DNA of 63,747 nt, the filler included, from Folioceros fuciformis (taxonomy: Eukaryota), in NCBI GenBank assembly GCA_049999805.1. It is 6 parts of 6 records of this genome, joined end to end, with 100 filler letters (N's around TTAATTAATTAA, not from the genome) between each part and the next. Parts side by side here need not be neighbours in the genome. Positions count along the whole stretch, not along the records: positions 21,655 to 48,796 come from JBNGIO010005794.1; 5 more parts are not named here. One strand, given 5' to 3'. Below, one piece after another: positions 26,311-38,256 of the stretch (position 1 is its first letter; every line of letters starts with the position of its first letter). The notes under the pieces are model-generated. The model was not told the DNA's origin and made no database searches. It worked only from the letters and a program-made list of their open reading frames with translations. The position numbers were made by a program, and so were the translations under genes.

Positions 26311-26420
26311 GAATCCGTTTGTTCCGTTGGAACCGTGAACGTTTTCCTGGCTTATGAGGGGCTTTGAATTCGTTTGTTCCGTTGGAACTGTGAACGTTTT
26401 CCTGGCGTGTGAGGGGCTTT
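26311..26420. repeat. ~56-bp tandem duplication
   Basis: GAATYCGTTTGTTCCGTTGGAACYGTGAACGTTTTCCTGGC...GAGGGGCTTT twice. Confidence 0.85.
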
Positions 26421-27397
26421 CATGGGAGCCCGGGTCCCGTGGCGCTCTTCAAGGTCAGCAATATACTTATTATCAAATCAAATTTACTGCCTCAGCGACC
26501 TTTCTCAACTATCCTTCTTCTAGTGTTATCCGTTTCATAGCACCCGTAGTTAAGTGGTGAGGCCCAAGCGACATGGCCAACCTTTGATCAGTGGCTTGAA
26601 ATAATTATGTTCAGTAGTTAGTTTGTCCTCTCCGCTTGGGCCAGTATGTTTCCTGCAGGCGGCCACGCCTACGTCCACACAGCACAGCGTTGATGAAGTC
26701 GTTAGAGGACAACGCATCTCTCGATGAGCTCTTCATTCTTGGCTGGAACGACATTGGCAAACTTGACCACGTTGAACTCCCACTCGCTTCGCTCAACAGG
26801 ACACAACAGTGTGCAAAATCATGAAATGCGTGACACCATGGGAATGGCACGGAGGTTTGGGAGCAACCTCCCACCGAGACCTAGCACGCAACCCTACTAC
26901 ACGGGCTTCTTATTGACCTCCACTCCCGTCGGGGCAGGAGCTTCGTAACATGCCCAAGGCTGGGCGCCCCTTCGTCTTTCACGCTAGTGCTGCTTTCATA
27001 ACAGGGGGAAGACCTTTCTCGGCATCGCGAGCATTACTACACCGTAAAGTTTTGAAGGGGAGGTGCCGGGATTGGAGAGGGTGGTACAAAGGACGACTTG
27101 CATTCCCCCCTAGGCCCTAATGGTTTGGTATGGACATCGATGCGGTCTACTGGTCCCGATCATAAACATCCTAGAGACGAGACCGATGACCAGGGCTGGC
27201 ACCTGAGTCCTCTATCAGTCGGGTACACGTCACACGGATGGGATTCTTGGCATCGGATGTCCGTGCACGCACGACCAAAATACTCTTCTACATTCGCAGG
27301 CATGTCATCACGTCCAGCTCCTCGCCGTCCAGATGTAAAACCAATTGGTGCGGCTCTCAAATCTCCGGGTACTCATGCGGGTTTAGGGTTCGCCCAG

Positions 27398-30189
27398 TCA
27401 TGCGGCCTGACTTTGGACACATGTGGTCAATCTTAGCTGCATGGTCACAGCCGAAAGGCCTTGGATACTTTGCAACAAAGCCTGTTGAGCATCATGCGCA
27501 TACGCCATAGCCTCCCTGAGTCAGGCAACATCAAGACAACGGATGAACAACAGCGTATGTACATTTTGACAAACACACAGCCGAAAAACTCCAAAAACCA
27601 GGATTACTTTATGCACAGTTGTGGGTCCATTGAGAGATCCACTTCGATGACCACCCGGCCCAGCAGAAAGTGGCACCTCACGTGCTCCACTCTGAAGGTC
27701 TGCTTGTCACAGACAACGCGTTGTTGTGAATTTTGATCTCATAATCCAAGCCCAATGTGACTGAAAAGAAAAACGTCCTCAAAATTGAAACAGGCACCCC
27801 CAGAAAAAAATCCACCTCTTGAAATCTCGCACCAAGAACATCCCGGACATTCTTCTCCACTTCTGGCTGCCGCTGCACATTGTTATCATCGGTGCATGAA
27901 ACTTGCGCAAGGTCAGCGCACTTGTTTGTGATTGGACCTGTCCCGCCGTCGCCCAGTGCCCAATGATTGGTCTTGTCACCGTGCAGACCCAACTTGCCCG
28001 CAGCAGCTGCCATTGCCATTGGAGCAGGTTCTGCAAGCGAAAAAGGGATTTCCATGATTTCAAGATCATGTCTCTAACTAAAACGGTGTGGCAGAAAGCA
28101 CAAAGGCAAGGTCTCACCTATGTGAATGTAACATTCTGCTATATTATGGACTGTTGTTTGAAGCTGACGACGGACTGCTTCCCCAATGCCATGCGCCGCA
28201 CTTACACTGAGCCAGGGGTTGACCTGTCACGACGCAAGTCTGAGGCATGTTCCATAACGAAAATTCTGACATGGAGACTGGCTCTAAATGTCGAGGTATC
28301 ATAGACATACCTCAATATGGACATCCAGATGCAGCGAAGATCCCATTCTTCGACCTCTTAGGTCATGGCAACCCTGCCAGAACAGGCACTTTGTTAATCG
28401 TCTTGCCACATAGTTTCACCTACTACAGCTGAAAATAATCGCTGACAACTGGCCAACTGCAAACAGATACAAGTGTCCTGGACAGCTAGCAGTTTGAGGG
28501 AAGAAAAATTCGTCACACCGTACATATCAAAGCCAGTGTCTTTACTATGGGCTATTGTCAAGAAAATAGCTACCATGACACCCTCAACGCTGAGTACAAT
28601 ATCTCGAATGGGAGCGAGAACACTTTCGGGCACCCCCTTGTCCACCAACTCCTGCAAACTACAAGGACAAGGGCAGACAAGGCATGTCAAGGCTCTGGAG
28701 AAAGAACAAATTAGTTCGATTTAGAACGTCAAGGAAGTAGGCCACAATCAAAAGCAGGAGTGAGTGAGCTGTAGAGTGTAACCAGGCCTGTTAACTGCAG
28801 CCGATTCACTACTACAGATCAAGTTAGCACGAACCTTTGGTAGCCGCACTGAAGACCAGCCTTGACAATCATTCCTGAGACAAGAAGGCCAGCGAGAGGA
28901 TCCAGAAACGGCACCCCAAGAATTGAGCCGCCTGAAGCAATCAGCAGAATCAACCGATATTCATGCCAACCAAGACCATCACCAAGCGCGAAGGAAGTTA
29001 AAAAGAAGCGGCGCTCACCAACACCCACAAGCGCAACCAGCGAGGAAACTGCATCGCTGCGATGATGCCACGCATTTGCCTTCAACAGTTGACTTCCAGT
29101 TTTCTCACCAGCATTTTTCGTGAGCCAATATAATCTGCATTGGGCCAGAAAATGCAACCCACCGAAAACTTGATAAGCCTCGCGTGATGAAAACCCCATC
29201 CCCATTCGGCACTGGGGAAAACCAAATGTCGCCCAACATACGAACCCTTCTTTGACACCGATGGAAACGATTGCAGCACTGAGCGCTACAGCTTGATGCT
29301 CCATGTCCACACCATGATGATGTCCTCCATGAAGATGGTGCAAGTGCTGGGTCGCTGCCTCCAACACAGCATTCGGCTCCAGGGAATCCACGGATGGTAA
29401 CAAGACCTGTGCAGAGACACCTGAGCCCAACCAAGCATGCAACGCGGGACCACTAAGCAAGCACCAGAAAGCAGAGCCTTACGTTCTAACTCCCAGTCTG
29501 CTTTCCAGCTGATTCTGCTAACAAACTTGGGCAAGGGCAACAGGGCTCCAGCGAAAGGGAGACGGCAGGTCACTTGCCTGCAACACCTCAAGAGCATGCC
29601 ACGCGATTCCCCCACCAGTAACCAACAGCATTCCGGAGATGCCCAGGGCTCCAATGGTCTCAAACTTCCCGTGCCCTGCAAGCAATCCATCATTCAGATA
29701 GGCTGCACATTCCTCACAGGCAAGCTCAATGCGCAACGCAGGTGTCACCCGCCATATGGATGCTCAGGATCTTTTGGTGCTCTTGCTGCCTTGAGAGACC
29801 ACAGCGCAATACCGCTCAGCACCTGCACGAGCAGAAGCCGCCAATCACGTCTCTGGACACTTTCACGATTGTAAGAATCCTCTTTCCAATTGCGTACTCA
29901 CCACATCAGACAAGGAGTGAGCAGCATCGGCAAGAATAGCAGTGCTCCCGGAGATAGCACCAGCTCCGCCCTTGCCAATTGTGAGCGCGATGTCGGACCA
30001 GAGACCCCAGCGCGTCACACGATCGGCAGCGGCGGAAGAGGAAGAGTCTGCGGAGCCTGGCTCGTGGTGATCCGCATGGGAGTGGCCCATGTGAGTGCGC
30101 ACCGAGATCAATCCAGGTCCGGAGCCGAAGGCGAACGGAATCCGAAACCGCCGCAGCTCCCGAGGCCGCAGCCGCAACCAGGCGGCCAT
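27398..30189 (-). CDS. MTP6: Metal tolerance protein, cation diffusion facilitator of MTP6/MTPc1 type (probably mitochondrial), ~12 exons
   Basis: Arg-rich transit-like N-terminus; ADAAHSLSD, HPYGHGKFE, His-rich loop, ANAWHHRSDAVSS, LDPLAGLLVS, LRGRRMGS, SVSAAHGIGE; last exon EAMAYAHDAQQALLQ...QAA* with TGA at 27398-27400. Confidence 0.9.
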
Positions 30190-30380
30190 GATCTCAGAGC
30201 AACCATGAAAGAGGGGCCCCTACTCCTAGCTCTGGTTATCCGAGGCTTCCCGATTCCCAGCAATTACTGTGCATTTCTCAGCTAGAATGCACATCCCGCT
30301 CTGCCGACTATCGCAGGGAAGAAAATCAGGTCCGGGTCCACCAACTCTCAACCTTCGGTGTTCGCTCGAGGCAACATCCG

Positions 30381-32687
30381 CTAGAGGCAAGAGTCTCGAG
30401 CAAACACCAGCACGTAGGCCTGCAGCTCTCTATCGACAGGAACGTGCGAGTGGAACAGTTTCTGAACCTGCTTGTAGCAATACTTCTCCAGAAAGGTCGT
30501 CACTCGCGGAAGCAATGGATCAAACATCACCACATGACTTGGCAGGAGGGACAGAGGCTTCTCGTCTCCCTCGAACTGGGCTGACAGGAAGGCCAACGGT
30601 TCAGACATGAACCGATCTACCTCGTCTACATATCCAGCCACATCGCTGCAAACCAAAGCAGGCAAGGACGTCAGAAGCCGCGACGGGACCCATGACGGGG
30701 CCATATGCACCGGGTTAAATAAGTGCACTTGCCTGGGAGAGCAATCCAAAAATCGCATGGGAACGTTCTTGTGCAAGGAAGAATAGAAGGGTGTCGAGTG
30801 GCAGGGCATCAGAAAGAGGATGCTGTCGACATTAGGGTTTCTTCCAGCTTCCTGTGCGAGGTACTCCATGACAGCCTCGGAACCTCTCTGCATCCACCAC
30901 AGGTTTGTTACACGGCCCAGTGCATACGGCAGAAGCTCGTATCGGACAACATGTGCCCAGATGCTCACCTGATGGACCAGAGACGTATACAGGGCAACCG
31001 GGACATTCGTCAGCAATAAGCCCAAGGCAATCCATCTAGCTGGAGACCAATGCAGGATCTTGGAATGACTCTTGTCTGGGGCATTCTCCACTGGATGATT
31101 GGCAGATCTGCCAAATGGTTCCAGCACAGAGAGACCATAGCCAGCAAACAGCATGGCTAAGGGCAGTACGGGCAAAACAAACCTGAAACGGAATGGAATG
31201 GATGATGAAACTTGTCAAAACGACCTGATGTGTACAAACTTGTAGCCCTACACTGCCTATGCCTGCAGAATCACGAGACAGAAGGAAAGCGTGTGTCAAA
31301 AGCATCGCACCTGAACTCCTTGTGCCCAAGAATGCTGTAGAGGCAGAGTGTCCATGCTATGAGGCCGGACAACACCCATTCTCTTGACCACCAAATTCCT
31401 GCTACAGATACTGGTAGGAAGGAGAACGCCATAGCGGGAAAGCCTTGAGAGAAGTACCAATGCCAGGGATGTGTTCCATAAAAGTCTCCACCAGATGACA
31501 AAATATTGAACTTGAGGAAGTTCCATGGCACGAAGGTCAGCCTCCCATACATCCAGCTGTCTAGCCCACTTGTTACTCCAAGAGCGAGCAGCCTGCGAAT
31601 TGTGGTGAAGACGCTGAGAAGGTAGACACTGATAGGACAAGTGTAGCGGCCGCATCATGCTTGACCTGTACATACCCTGTCGGCAGCACCTCCAGCAAGA
31701 GGAAATGTAGCTTGTCTTGAGTTTCGACGAGATGAATGGCACCCAAGTAGAGCCAGATGATAGCACTTGTCGGGCGGATGACACAGGCCACAGCTGCTAC
31801 TGCTAATGCCAGCCGACGATGCACGGACGACATCCTGGCACCAGACCCCACATAGGGCTCACAGCATGGAAGAGGCCAATAGTACAGAGCCACAACAGTA
31901 ATCACAGTCTCCAGACTGTTGACGAGGGTCCGAACCATGCAGAAAAAGGTGAACCAATTTGTCAATTGGCAGAAAAGCTGTATCAAGTCAAGGATTCCAC
32001 AAGTCTAGAGCACGCATCCAAAGCTGAAAGGCCAAGCTGATCCAGGATACTGCCCACTGGGCTGCACGCTCGTTGAAGATGCGGCACCCTAGCTTAAACA
32101 CATACAAATCCCCAAACGCAGCTGCCACAGCCTGAAGCAGACGAGGGCCCTTCGTCTGCAGCACACGCAACCAGCTGCCCCTGATCATTGCTCCAACAGT
32201 GCAGCTGGAAAGCAGTACTTGACAAGCTCCATCCTTCCCTCCCACCCTCACGGAATGAAGAAGAAGTACCATAACCCAGACGCTATCCAGCTTCGCTATC
32301 TGCAACAACTTGTACAATGCTGCAAAGAGCAGTGGATGAAGATAGGAGCGTAGCCCTTGGTTCCACTCCCACGTCAGATGCCCATACCTTAAACCCAAGT
32401 ACGATGGAGCATGTAAGCATGGGCAAATGGTGGTGAGGCACGACAGGGGAGTGACTACCCAGGTGAGAGTTTCACCCAAACACGATCCGATGTGCCACCT
32501 CCAGGGCCTGCCACTGCTCGTCCGGATTGAAGTAAGTCCGCACCAGCAGTGCGTTCATCAGGCGCAAAGCCAAACATCCCAGCCATACAGTCTTGCTGTT
32601 CCACCCTCTTCGTCCCTGTACCTCATACCGTTCCTTTGGCTGCCAGTCTGCATCCAGTGTTGGAGCATCACTCCGTCTCCGCCGCAT
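30381..32687 (-). CDS. PIGB: GPI mannosyltransferase III (PIG-B/GPI10, APTG1-like), ~9 exons
   Basis: RTYFNPDEQWQALEVAH, GHLTWEW, LRSYLHP, RTLVNSLET, FYGTHPWHWYFSQG, GHKEFRF, LMPCHSTPFYS; introns join in frame. Confidence 0.92.
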
Positions 32688-33144
32688 GGTCGACACACTC
32701 TCCTCGCCTCTTCAAAGCCTTTGCCTGACACTTGTGCCAAGTGCAAGGAACAAGCTCATTTCAGAGGTGCTAGGCTGGGTATCGAAGATCCCGGGAACCA
32801 ACAGCAACATCACGTATTAAGAAGAAGAGAAGATTAACAAAAATAAGGAACGTGCGAGTTAAATCCTGAGACCTGGGTCTCACAACAGTTCACGGATCCA
32901 GAGATTATGGATGGACTTCTTGGAAGCAGCAGCACCCCGTCAACGGAGGTCGAGGATGAGAGGGACAAATTCCATCTCTGCTCGCAAAAAAGCCCAGCCG
33001 TTGGTCAAGGAAATGTGAATGTGGATTGTTACAATGGAAGAGACCTCAAACGGTCACAGCACTCGCTGGGTGAAGGAACTAACTAACTGTGAAGCTACCA
33101 AGCTAGGTAGGTAGCTACAGGATCCTAACTGGGGGATCATCTCG

Positions 33145-34320
33145 CTAGCCATGCCAAGCATGTTTCCAGCCAGGCATTTCCTCTCTTGTTATGACGTTTT
33201 GTGCTGAATAGAGGCCTTGAATCTTCTGGATGCTGTTGCTCTGCTCCACCAACTCAGCCCATGCCATGAAGAATGACCACCGAGGCTCTGCCACAAGTCT
33301 GCTTATGTCTGGCAGCACAGCACATTCCCCTACGGCAATCAGCTTCTTTCCTGCAAAGGCCGTCATGTTATCGTATTTCCATGTTGCGTATCCTTCGTAG
33401 ACGTCCAACGCCGCAATATCGTAGTACTTGCTCCCAGGATCGTACTTGATTAGATCTGTGGGCAGAGTCCCGAAATCCTGGATATCCCATATCCAGACCA
33501 GGTTGGTGAGCCTCTTGACGTGGGTCATGTAGTCATGGGTGATTTGGTAGAGTTTCTTAGAGCCATGAGCTCCTGGTCGACCAGCCCACCAGAACAGCCC
33601 CTGATTTTGTTCGTGGAGCGGTCGAAACAGGACCTCCACTCCTCCATCTTTCAACTGTGACAGATACTGTGCCACATCGTCCAGCATGGACTTCCACCTC
33701 AGGTTTAACTCAGCGCCATCGGTTGTCAGCTGAGCCCACTGCTCGTCCGTCAGGGTGGTGAGCACACCTCCTTCCCACTCACAGGGTGGACCATTGACGG
33801 GATTGCAGGCATGCCACATGATGTGCACCAGACTTCCTGCTTCCCATTGCTTCTGTGCCTCTTGGACCATGGTTGGGCGGGCAGCTATGTCAGATGCTTC
33901 AAATAACATGTCTCCACTCCATAACCCAGGATACTTGCCTGTGGTATCCTTGATCCATTGTGTCCACTTGTCAGGCTCGGAGTTTGGTTCTCTGTTATGT
34001 TGCCCGGAAACTGTTTGCTTCCCCCCAATGCTGTAGAGGTAATCCAGGGTCTTGAAGGAGTCACTCCCACCCACCATCAGGCTCTGTATGCAGCAGAGAC
34101 ATCAGATTGCACACCTCACGAAATCACTTCCACACACCTAGTCTGGGCAGAGATTCTGAACCGCATCCATTCAGTAAGGTTCGATTGCAGGAACGGATAG
34201 GATCAATACATGATTGTGTAGACTTACAAGTAAGGTACAACATAACAACATCCTGTGCCATGCCACTGACTTCCACGAGCCGCTCGCAGTTCCAACGGAG
34301 GATCCCACGTGTACAGTCAT
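33145..34320 (-). CDS. Secreted glycoside hydrolase family 26 (beta-1,4-mannanase-like); exon 1 34320-34228, exon 2 34083-33145
   Basis: Open 310-aa frame with SGQHN, TGKYPGLWSGD, MWHACNP, LFRPLHE (acid/base Glu 33610-33612), FWW, LTNLVWIW, DIAALDVY, AVGEC (nucleophile Glu 33325-33327), FMAW; phase-0 GTAAGT...CATACAG intron adds hydrophobic leader. Confidence 0.9.
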
Positions 34321-35193
34321 GCAGAGCAGTGGTAAGTGATCCACGTTCCCTGGACGAGTCCACAACCGTCCAGTGGAAGATGAGTGTTTGTGTGCCCAGC
34401 TCTCACTTTCACACACACACACTTGTGGGGAGAAACGTTTGAATAGGCCATCTGAACATATCATTCCGTTCTCACTCTGCTCCTTCCTAGAGCTTCGATT
34501 CTGACTTCTGGTCAAAAAGGAGAGAATAATAAAAGATCCAATAGTGGGTTCTTCACGTGTGCTGTCCGAAAGGCGGGTGGGCTACAGTAGAATACCTAGT
34601 TCCAACCAGTGGATCTGTTGTCGGTGGGAATTCACACTATCGGATGCTAGAGAGGGACGAGGCACATGGAGGATCTCGGTATCCCATTTAGACTGAAGAG
34701 TACTCTGGAGAGAAGCTCAACATTTGTCATGAAGAACCTGCCCGCTCTCGTGCTCCCACGATTGAGATATCGCGCATAGAAGCCCGCAGATTTGTGTAAC
34801 AAGGCTGGGAAACCGTTCGTGCAACATCTTCTGGAAGTACCACAAGCTGGCTGGGTGCCCAAAATGGCGAGCACATGGTAAGATGGTTCCTGCAATTGTG
34901 GTCTAGGAAGGTCAAGAGAAAGTCGTCCTTGCTGTGGTTTAACATTGCAGCACTGATGCTTGCGTGCATGTCTTGGTTTGGATTGGGGTCCAGATCAGAG
35001 ACTGAGTCTGGAGAATCAATTATGGTTGTGGTCTGGGGCTTAGGATGTGGCATTGACCATTGCTGGGTGTTGGTTGTCCTGGCAGTGAAAAATTGTCAGT
35101 GGATAAGACAGAGCTGACAGATGGCCCCCCATGTGGTGTGTTTGCAGGGACACAGGTGATCCATCCAGATGGGTCCGTGGATGGATGCCCAAA

Positions 35194-35250
35194 TCCTGAC
35201 AAGTCCACAAAGTCCTGACAAGTCCACAAAGTCCTGACAAGTCCACAAAG
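35194..35250. repeat. 19-bp tandem repeat TCCTGACAAGTCCACAAAG x3
   Basis: Three consecutive copies. Confidence 0.9.
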
Positions 35251-35615
35251 TTGTGTTTTGTGGGTGGTTGGCAGCTTTGAAATGGATAACCGTCAGTTTT
35301 GAAATTGTAGGTACTTAAAATTCAAGTTCTGGGAACCATGGACAATTTTGATATAGGCTAGGTACAGTGTGAGCTTGGTGCTCTTTGTTAGGTCGATGTC
35401 GTCTGGTTTGGTTTGAGGGTCACATAAAAAAATGTAATTAAAAAATCCTCCTTATAACTTTGTGGGTGGCAAGAAAAAAACATACTTTACAATAAGTTTC
35501 ACTTAGAGCTAATCTAGAGGGGGAATAGGTTTTTGTTGTTGCTCATCTTTTTGTCACAAGTGGCAACAAGTTTGTGATATTGATGTGATTGTCATGAATT
35601 CCACTTGGGATTCAA

Positions 35616-35937
35616 GTTGAAAGCATAATTTTATGTGGTTGTCACATATTCCACTAGATATTCAATTTGAAAGCACATTGTCATCAACTTCATGCATAAG
35701 TGATAGAGGGCTATGCAAGTGCCAAAGTTCATAAGGTTGAAAACATAATTTTATGTGGTTGTCACATATTCCACTAGAGGTTCAATTTGAAAACACATTG
35801 TCATCAACTTTATGAATGGGTGACAAAGGGTTGTGCAAGTGCCAAAGTCCATAATTATTCTCCCTTGTATGACAAACATGTTGGTTGTGCAAGTGCCAAA
35901 GTTCATAATTATTCTCCCTTGTATGACAAACATGTTG
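35616..35937. repeat. Compound tandem duplication (120-bp period x2, then ~54-bp period x2)
   Basis: CATAATTTTATGTGGTTGTCACATATTCCACTAG at 35624 and 35744; GGTTGTGCAAGTGCCAAAG...GACAAACATGTT twice. Confidence 0.85.
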
Positions 35938-35959
35938 TCATCCCTTTAATCCTAAGACC

Positions 35960-36212
35960 TATAGGGCGAAGGGTAAGGATTTTTCAAGGTTCATAACCAA
36001 GTCCGCGGAGGTATATTATAGTAAGAGGAATAAGGTTCTTCCTCTTTCTTCATTGGTGGTCTTCTGTTAACAATACTATCTATTGCTTTACAAAAAGCAT
36101 TAGCCAATACTATCTAGTGCTTTACAAAAAAATATTAGTGCTTTACAAAAAGTATTAGCCAATGCAATCTTTAGAAGAACAACAAGTGCAAGTCCTTGCC
36201 CTTCGTCCTATA
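35960..36212. mobile_element. Putative MITE (~250 bp) with imperfect terminal inverted repeats and TA flanks
   Basis: TATAGGGCGAAGGGTAAGGATTT (35960) versus reverse complement of AAGTCCTTGCCCTTCGTCCTATA (ends 36212): 20/23 match; AT-rich non-coding interior. Confidence 0.55.
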
Positions 36213-38256
36213 TTATTTTCTCTATAATACCTAGTTAATTATAAAAAAATCTCCCTCCTGATCGAAGCATTAACAAATGTGCTGCCTTGCTTGTCCTGGC
36301 CCCGAGCAATGGTGATAGTGGAGGGAATATTTGAGGTGCAAATGGTGGAATGTGTGCAAGTTTCTTTTATGGTTTCTTTCCTAAATAACAGATCACAGAC
36401 AGGACCACGACCAAAGCTCGTCTCCACTTGTCATGCCTTACGCTTCGGCAGCGAGACGAAACAAATTTGCAAGCAAGTTAGTATGATGATTAGTTGGACT
36501 TCACATCTTCCCAGTAGGAGTCACACTCGTCAGGAACTGCATGTTTAGGGATATCGGCATACAATCAGTTCTGAATGTCGGAGGGACGTGATTGGTTGTT
36601 TATCTTGTCAGGCATAAGATTGAACAGGCCATGGCCGTCCAGGACACCGCACAGGTACATTAGTTTTAGCTTGTGTCGCATGAACTGGAACGCACGGTGA
36701 GGGAGAGCGTCTGGTTTTGAGTCGACTCGTCATGCTGACGGGATTAGAGTGGAAGNNNNNNNNNNNNNNNNNNNNNNNNNNNNNNNNNNNNNNNNNNNNN
36801 NNNNNNNNNNNNNNNNNNNNNNNNNNNNNNNNNNNNNNNNNNNNNNNNNNNNNNNGCATGATGCTGGACCGCAGGAGACAAAGAAAACCGAAAGCTGTCG
36901 AAAGGAGTCGACCGTGACCTCGCCTTGCGCCTTCCTCTGTGGTGGTCCTAATACGCAAGAACATTCAGCTCCCCAGGAAGGATCCCTGCAGGAACACGCA
37001 TTCCGAAAAGGGAGAGCTCCAGACCTTTTTGGAGTATAACACCTCACCCGACCTAGTGACGCCACTACCTCTTTTTTAGGACTTTGTTGTCCCCTACCTC
37101 GCCGTCCATCTGTTGTCCTGACTCAGGAGATTATGAGCACTCAGCCACTTTTATCCAGAGACGAGTGGTCATCCCCCAAACTGTGCTACACATCACAGAT
37201 GTGAACAGCGATCCGGGATCAGGAAGCTCCGACTCAGACGTCACAGACGTCAACCGTGATGTGCGACCTGGCTGTCCTGTAGAAGCAGGCCACGCTTGTT
37301 CCCTCCAGTGAGACCGAGACCGTAAAACTGTCTGTTACACATCTCACGCTCACGCACATACAAACGAATGGTGAGCCGGGATCTGGAAGTCCATATTTCT
37401 TACAAATCGCAGATCTGAACTATTGGGATCTGCATCTGCGAGTCCCAATTAGACAAGAAGTGTGATCTGCATCTAGAGGTCGTGTACACACAATTACGAC
37501 ACCCTGGTTTCCTCCAGCGAGACCGAGAGTGCCTGTGCTCGAAACCGTCTGTCAATCATCCATTCCGAAATCGTCAGCAAACACAGACACGGAGCAGCCG
37601 AGCAGGGCCCTTGTGATCCAATAACTCTTCTCAAAGGCCCCGGTTCGTGGGTTTAGGATGTCTGGCCGTACTGAAAGTCCGGCCCGATGCGTCGTGCTTC
37701 CCTTTCCCGAAAGGCTGCCATGGATGAGGCTGCCTTTCGTGTAAGGCTGCCATGGTTTCTGTTCCGGCGTGCCTCCCGCTTTCAGCGAAATTTCATATAG
37801 GGTTTCCGGTGCAGAGCAAACCAGAGCACAGCAGGGCCATGTGAAATTCCTGATGACCTAATTGAAAGAATCAAATCAATCAATCCATCGATTTCCCATG
37901 CCCATATACATATGTATGCCTGTATATATGGATGCATGTTGTCCATGTATGGAGGTGGGTTACAGCATGGTGTGAGCTCCGGAGAAGAGGTCCATGGTGC
38001 GGGTCACCAAACAGGACGCATGAGAAGCACGCTGTTAAGGCTTCTCTTCGGTCGAGGAATCTGCGGGGAAAGGAGACAGTAATCCGGGACAGGCTTGCAT
38101 CGTCCTTCTGGGATTCACTCAACAGCGCGGGAAATGACGTCTCGTGCCACAATAGCATAATCCGCGGGTGGGCTATGGCAGAACTCCCTTTTCCTTTACC
38201 CTTCCCGCTCCCGTGAGCCTCCCTAAGCACACCCGGATCATCAGCTACCTGCAGCC

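Noticed and set aside
33145-34077. Bacterial contamination as the source of GH26
   Set aside because: Contiguous with intron-containing plant genes and has its own spliceable leader exon.
30381-34320. Mannose-metabolism cluster (GH26 mannanase next to PIG-B mannosyltransferase)
   Set aside because: PIG-B adds alpha-linked mannose to GPI anchors in the ER, while GH26 cleaves beta-1,4-mannan; no shared pathway, so adjacency is probably coincidental.
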